DNA of 64,000 bases from Azolla caroliniana (Eukaryota > Plantae > Polypodiophyta): positions 124,001 to 188,000 of the forward strand of contig JBHGNT010000036.1 in assembly GCA_043228905.1 (NCBI GenBank), in the 5' to 3' direction. The notes beneath the pieces are model-generated. The model saw only the letters and a program-made list of their open reading frames with translations. It did not search any database and was not told the DNA's origin. The first letter of the stretch is position 1, and every line of letters begins with the position of its first letter. The position numbers were made by a program, and so were the translations under genes. This document shows, one piece after another, positions 61,857-64,000 of this stretch.

Positions 61857-61942
61857 AGTTTTCGTTCCCAATGGAATTATGTTTGAGGGGCTTATTATGA
61901 ATATCCTCATTAATCAATGAAATTTGCAAAGTCTAAATATAA

Positions 61943-62479
61943 TGTAGGGAAAAGTACCAGGATACCCCTGGAAGTTCGTCTATTTACCAAAATGCCCCTG
62001 GAAGTTCAAAATTTACCAAACTACCCCTAAGTCCAAAAAATACACTTTATAAAGTAATTATACACTCAAATCTACAACCCCCATGTTGAGAGAAAAGCTC
62101 AACATTCGGTGCGTAATCGGGTGCGTAACCCAATGCGTAAACTGGGTGCGTAGAACCATGCGCACAATAGGCCGTAGCGGTGTGTAAACCGCGAGGCCGT
62201 TGGAAAGATATTCCGCGTAAGGAATAATTTTGGGAGTTAGTGGAGTAGGATCATTTATGAGCAGTCAAGTATTGTCAGTAATTGTGTCAGCTCGATAGTC
62301 AGGGCTTGTATAAAAGGTGCTCATTGAGCACGAAGTTTACATAGAGCGTCATTATTTTTGAAATATAATTGAGTTTTCTGCTCTCTTTCTCTGTCTCTCC
62401 ATCTCCATCTCCATCTCTGTGTTTTCTGTTGTTTTTCAAAACTACGTACTCTGTGTTTCTCATACGCTATTCTTTTACA
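61943..62479 (+). repeat. 5' LTR of the right-hand copia
   Basis: TG..CA, TATAAAAGG at ~62309, PBS adjacent; the left boundary cannot be confirmed without the partner LTR. Confidence 0.7.
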
Positions 62480-62590
62480 TGATATCAAAGTGCGAGGGTT
62501 GAAGTCCTCTGCAGCCGACAAGAAAAGCTTTCGACACACCAGAGTTGAAGTTGTTCTTCATTTTTGTTTCGAAAAGAAAAAGACAACAAT

Positions 62591-64000
62591 ATGGATAGAG
62601 GCATGGGAAGATTGCTACCGATCGAGAAGCTCGATAGGAGCAACTACACGTCTTGGTCGTACAAGATGCACCAATACCTGCTTGGCCATGGCTACTGGAA
62701 TTATGTCGAAGGAGCTAATGATGTAGCACCCGATTCGACACACAGAGATTTTTCGGCTTGGGAACAAGCGGCAAGCAAATTTCTCTACTGCTTTGCATCC
62801 TATGTGAGCGACCAACTATTGAGCTATATTCGGGAGGCTAAGACGCCAAAGGACGCGTGGGTGAATCTCAAAAAGCTTTTCACGGCAAGCACAACGGCCA
62901 GGAAGCTACATCTCAGACAAGAGCTCAGCAATGTCCGACAAAAAGATCTGTCTGTGGCCAATTATATGGCCCGAATCAAGGAAATCTACGACTCTCTCGC
63001 CTCCGTCAACGTGAACGTCAAGGAGGATGAAATGGTGCAGGTTTGTCTTGGTGGGCTAGTGTCCAGGTTCGGAGCTTTCCGAACGGCGGTCTGCATGAGG
63101 GAGAATACGCCTTTGTTTTTCGAGCTTCAAATGATGTTGCTCGTAGAGGAAAGCCACGCGGGTGCGCCGACGAGTATGCATGCCGACGGCAAGATGTTGT
63201 ACACGGAGGAAGATAGGCCCCGTGGTCGTGGTGGACGAGGTGGATCGGCACGCAATGGAGGCGGCCGACAAGAGCAGTACAGGCAGCATAATTGAAATGC
63301 CGATAGTAGTTCCGGACCCTCCACAAGCAGGGGGAGTCATGGCGGCGCCAGAAGCCGGCAAGAGAAGGCCGCGTCGGAATACTGGTACTGTGGCAAGAAA
63401 GGCCACAAGGAGAGCGAGTGCTGGAAAAAGAGAGCCAATTCGGACAAAGCCGGTTTGAGTCGAAGAGATGCAGAGAGGCGTCAGAGATCGCACTACGCCG
63501 AAGGCTCTGAACGAGCCGAAAACAAATCGGGCCCAACCTTCGTAATGAAGCATAAGGCCAATTTTATGGCCGTGAACACCTCGAAATTGAGCGAGGTGTG
63601 GTATGTTGATTCCGGAGTGTCAAATCATATGACAAGTCAGGAGGAATGGTTCTTGTACTTTGAGAAACTGGAATCGCAAGGAGTGGTCGAAACGGGGGAC
63701 GACACTCTCCATACCATCAAACATGTCGGTGAAGTTCCCCTCAGCCATGTCGAACAGAAAGGGAAACTCATGAATGTGTTCCATGTCCCGACAATAACGA
63801 AGAACCTAGTGTCAGTCGGTCAGATCGTCGACCAGGGAATGCAGGTTCGATTCACACATCTTGGCTACTTCATAGAAGAGGAAGGCAAAGTAATCGCGCA
63901 AGGGCGCCGTGAAGGGAGGATGTTTATCCTCGACGCTAATCAAGTCGGAACTGCATTGTACGTGAAAGGACAAAAGGTCGAATCAGATATTGACCTGTGG
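62591..64000 (+). pseudogene. copia gag-pol (premature TGA at 63293-63295)
   Basis: UBN2-type gag, degenerate knuckle, protease and start of GAG-pre-integrase, all in one frame. Confidence 0.85.

Larger units (their letters stand above)
55181..61863 (-). mobile_element. Near full-length plant L1 LINE (6.7 kb), decayed
   Basis: 15-bp TSD GTTCCCAATGGAATT (55166-55180, 61864-61878); T-run (polyA) at 55181-55192; ORF1 with CFPCKQMGHRAKQC; ORF2 EN SWNVQGLG..LQE, SDHLPV; RT LDFEKAYD, QGCPLAP, FVDD; zf-RVT-like H.LW.C. Confidence 0.93.
61943..64000 (+). mobile_element. Ty1/copia element, 5' part, runs off the right edge
   Basis: LTR TGTA..TACA 61943-62479; PBS TGATATCAAAG (decayed Met type) at 62480; gag KLDRSNY.SW..KM..YL; knuckle YWYCGKKGHKESEC; protease WYVDSGVSNHMT; HVPTITKNLVSVGQI. 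Confidence 0.9.

Overview
Eukaryotic, land-plant genomic DNA; the TE families suggest a seed-free plant such as a fern (inference). Bases 1-~24,100 are one old RTEX/L2-like LINE inflated by about nine nested insertions: a Ty1/copia element (itself carrying a TIR element, three solo LTRs and another LINE), two nested tRNA-Trp-primed Ty3/gypsy elements with 4-bp CG-centred TSDs, and one more solo LTR. The middle holds three host genes: an intronless At5g39450-like F-box gene (+), a 14-exon DUF707 gene (-) and a 5-exon At3g52240-like coiled-coil gene (+) whose 6-kb intron is stacked with antisense LINE fragments. The right end has a near full-length decayed L1 with a 15-bp TSD and the 5' part of another copia. 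Most notable: (i) a G_GAU_UUU-stop plus candidate pseudoknot -1 frameshift signal between protease and RT in the gypsy; (ii) NCGT target sites for all four TGTCG..CGACA LTR insertions; (iii) the inner gypsy sits inside the exact 27-nt integrase segment that its own integrase lacks; (iv) a covarying 3'-terminal stem-loop shared by six LINE ends. All alignments and counts were done by eye; no database searches were run.
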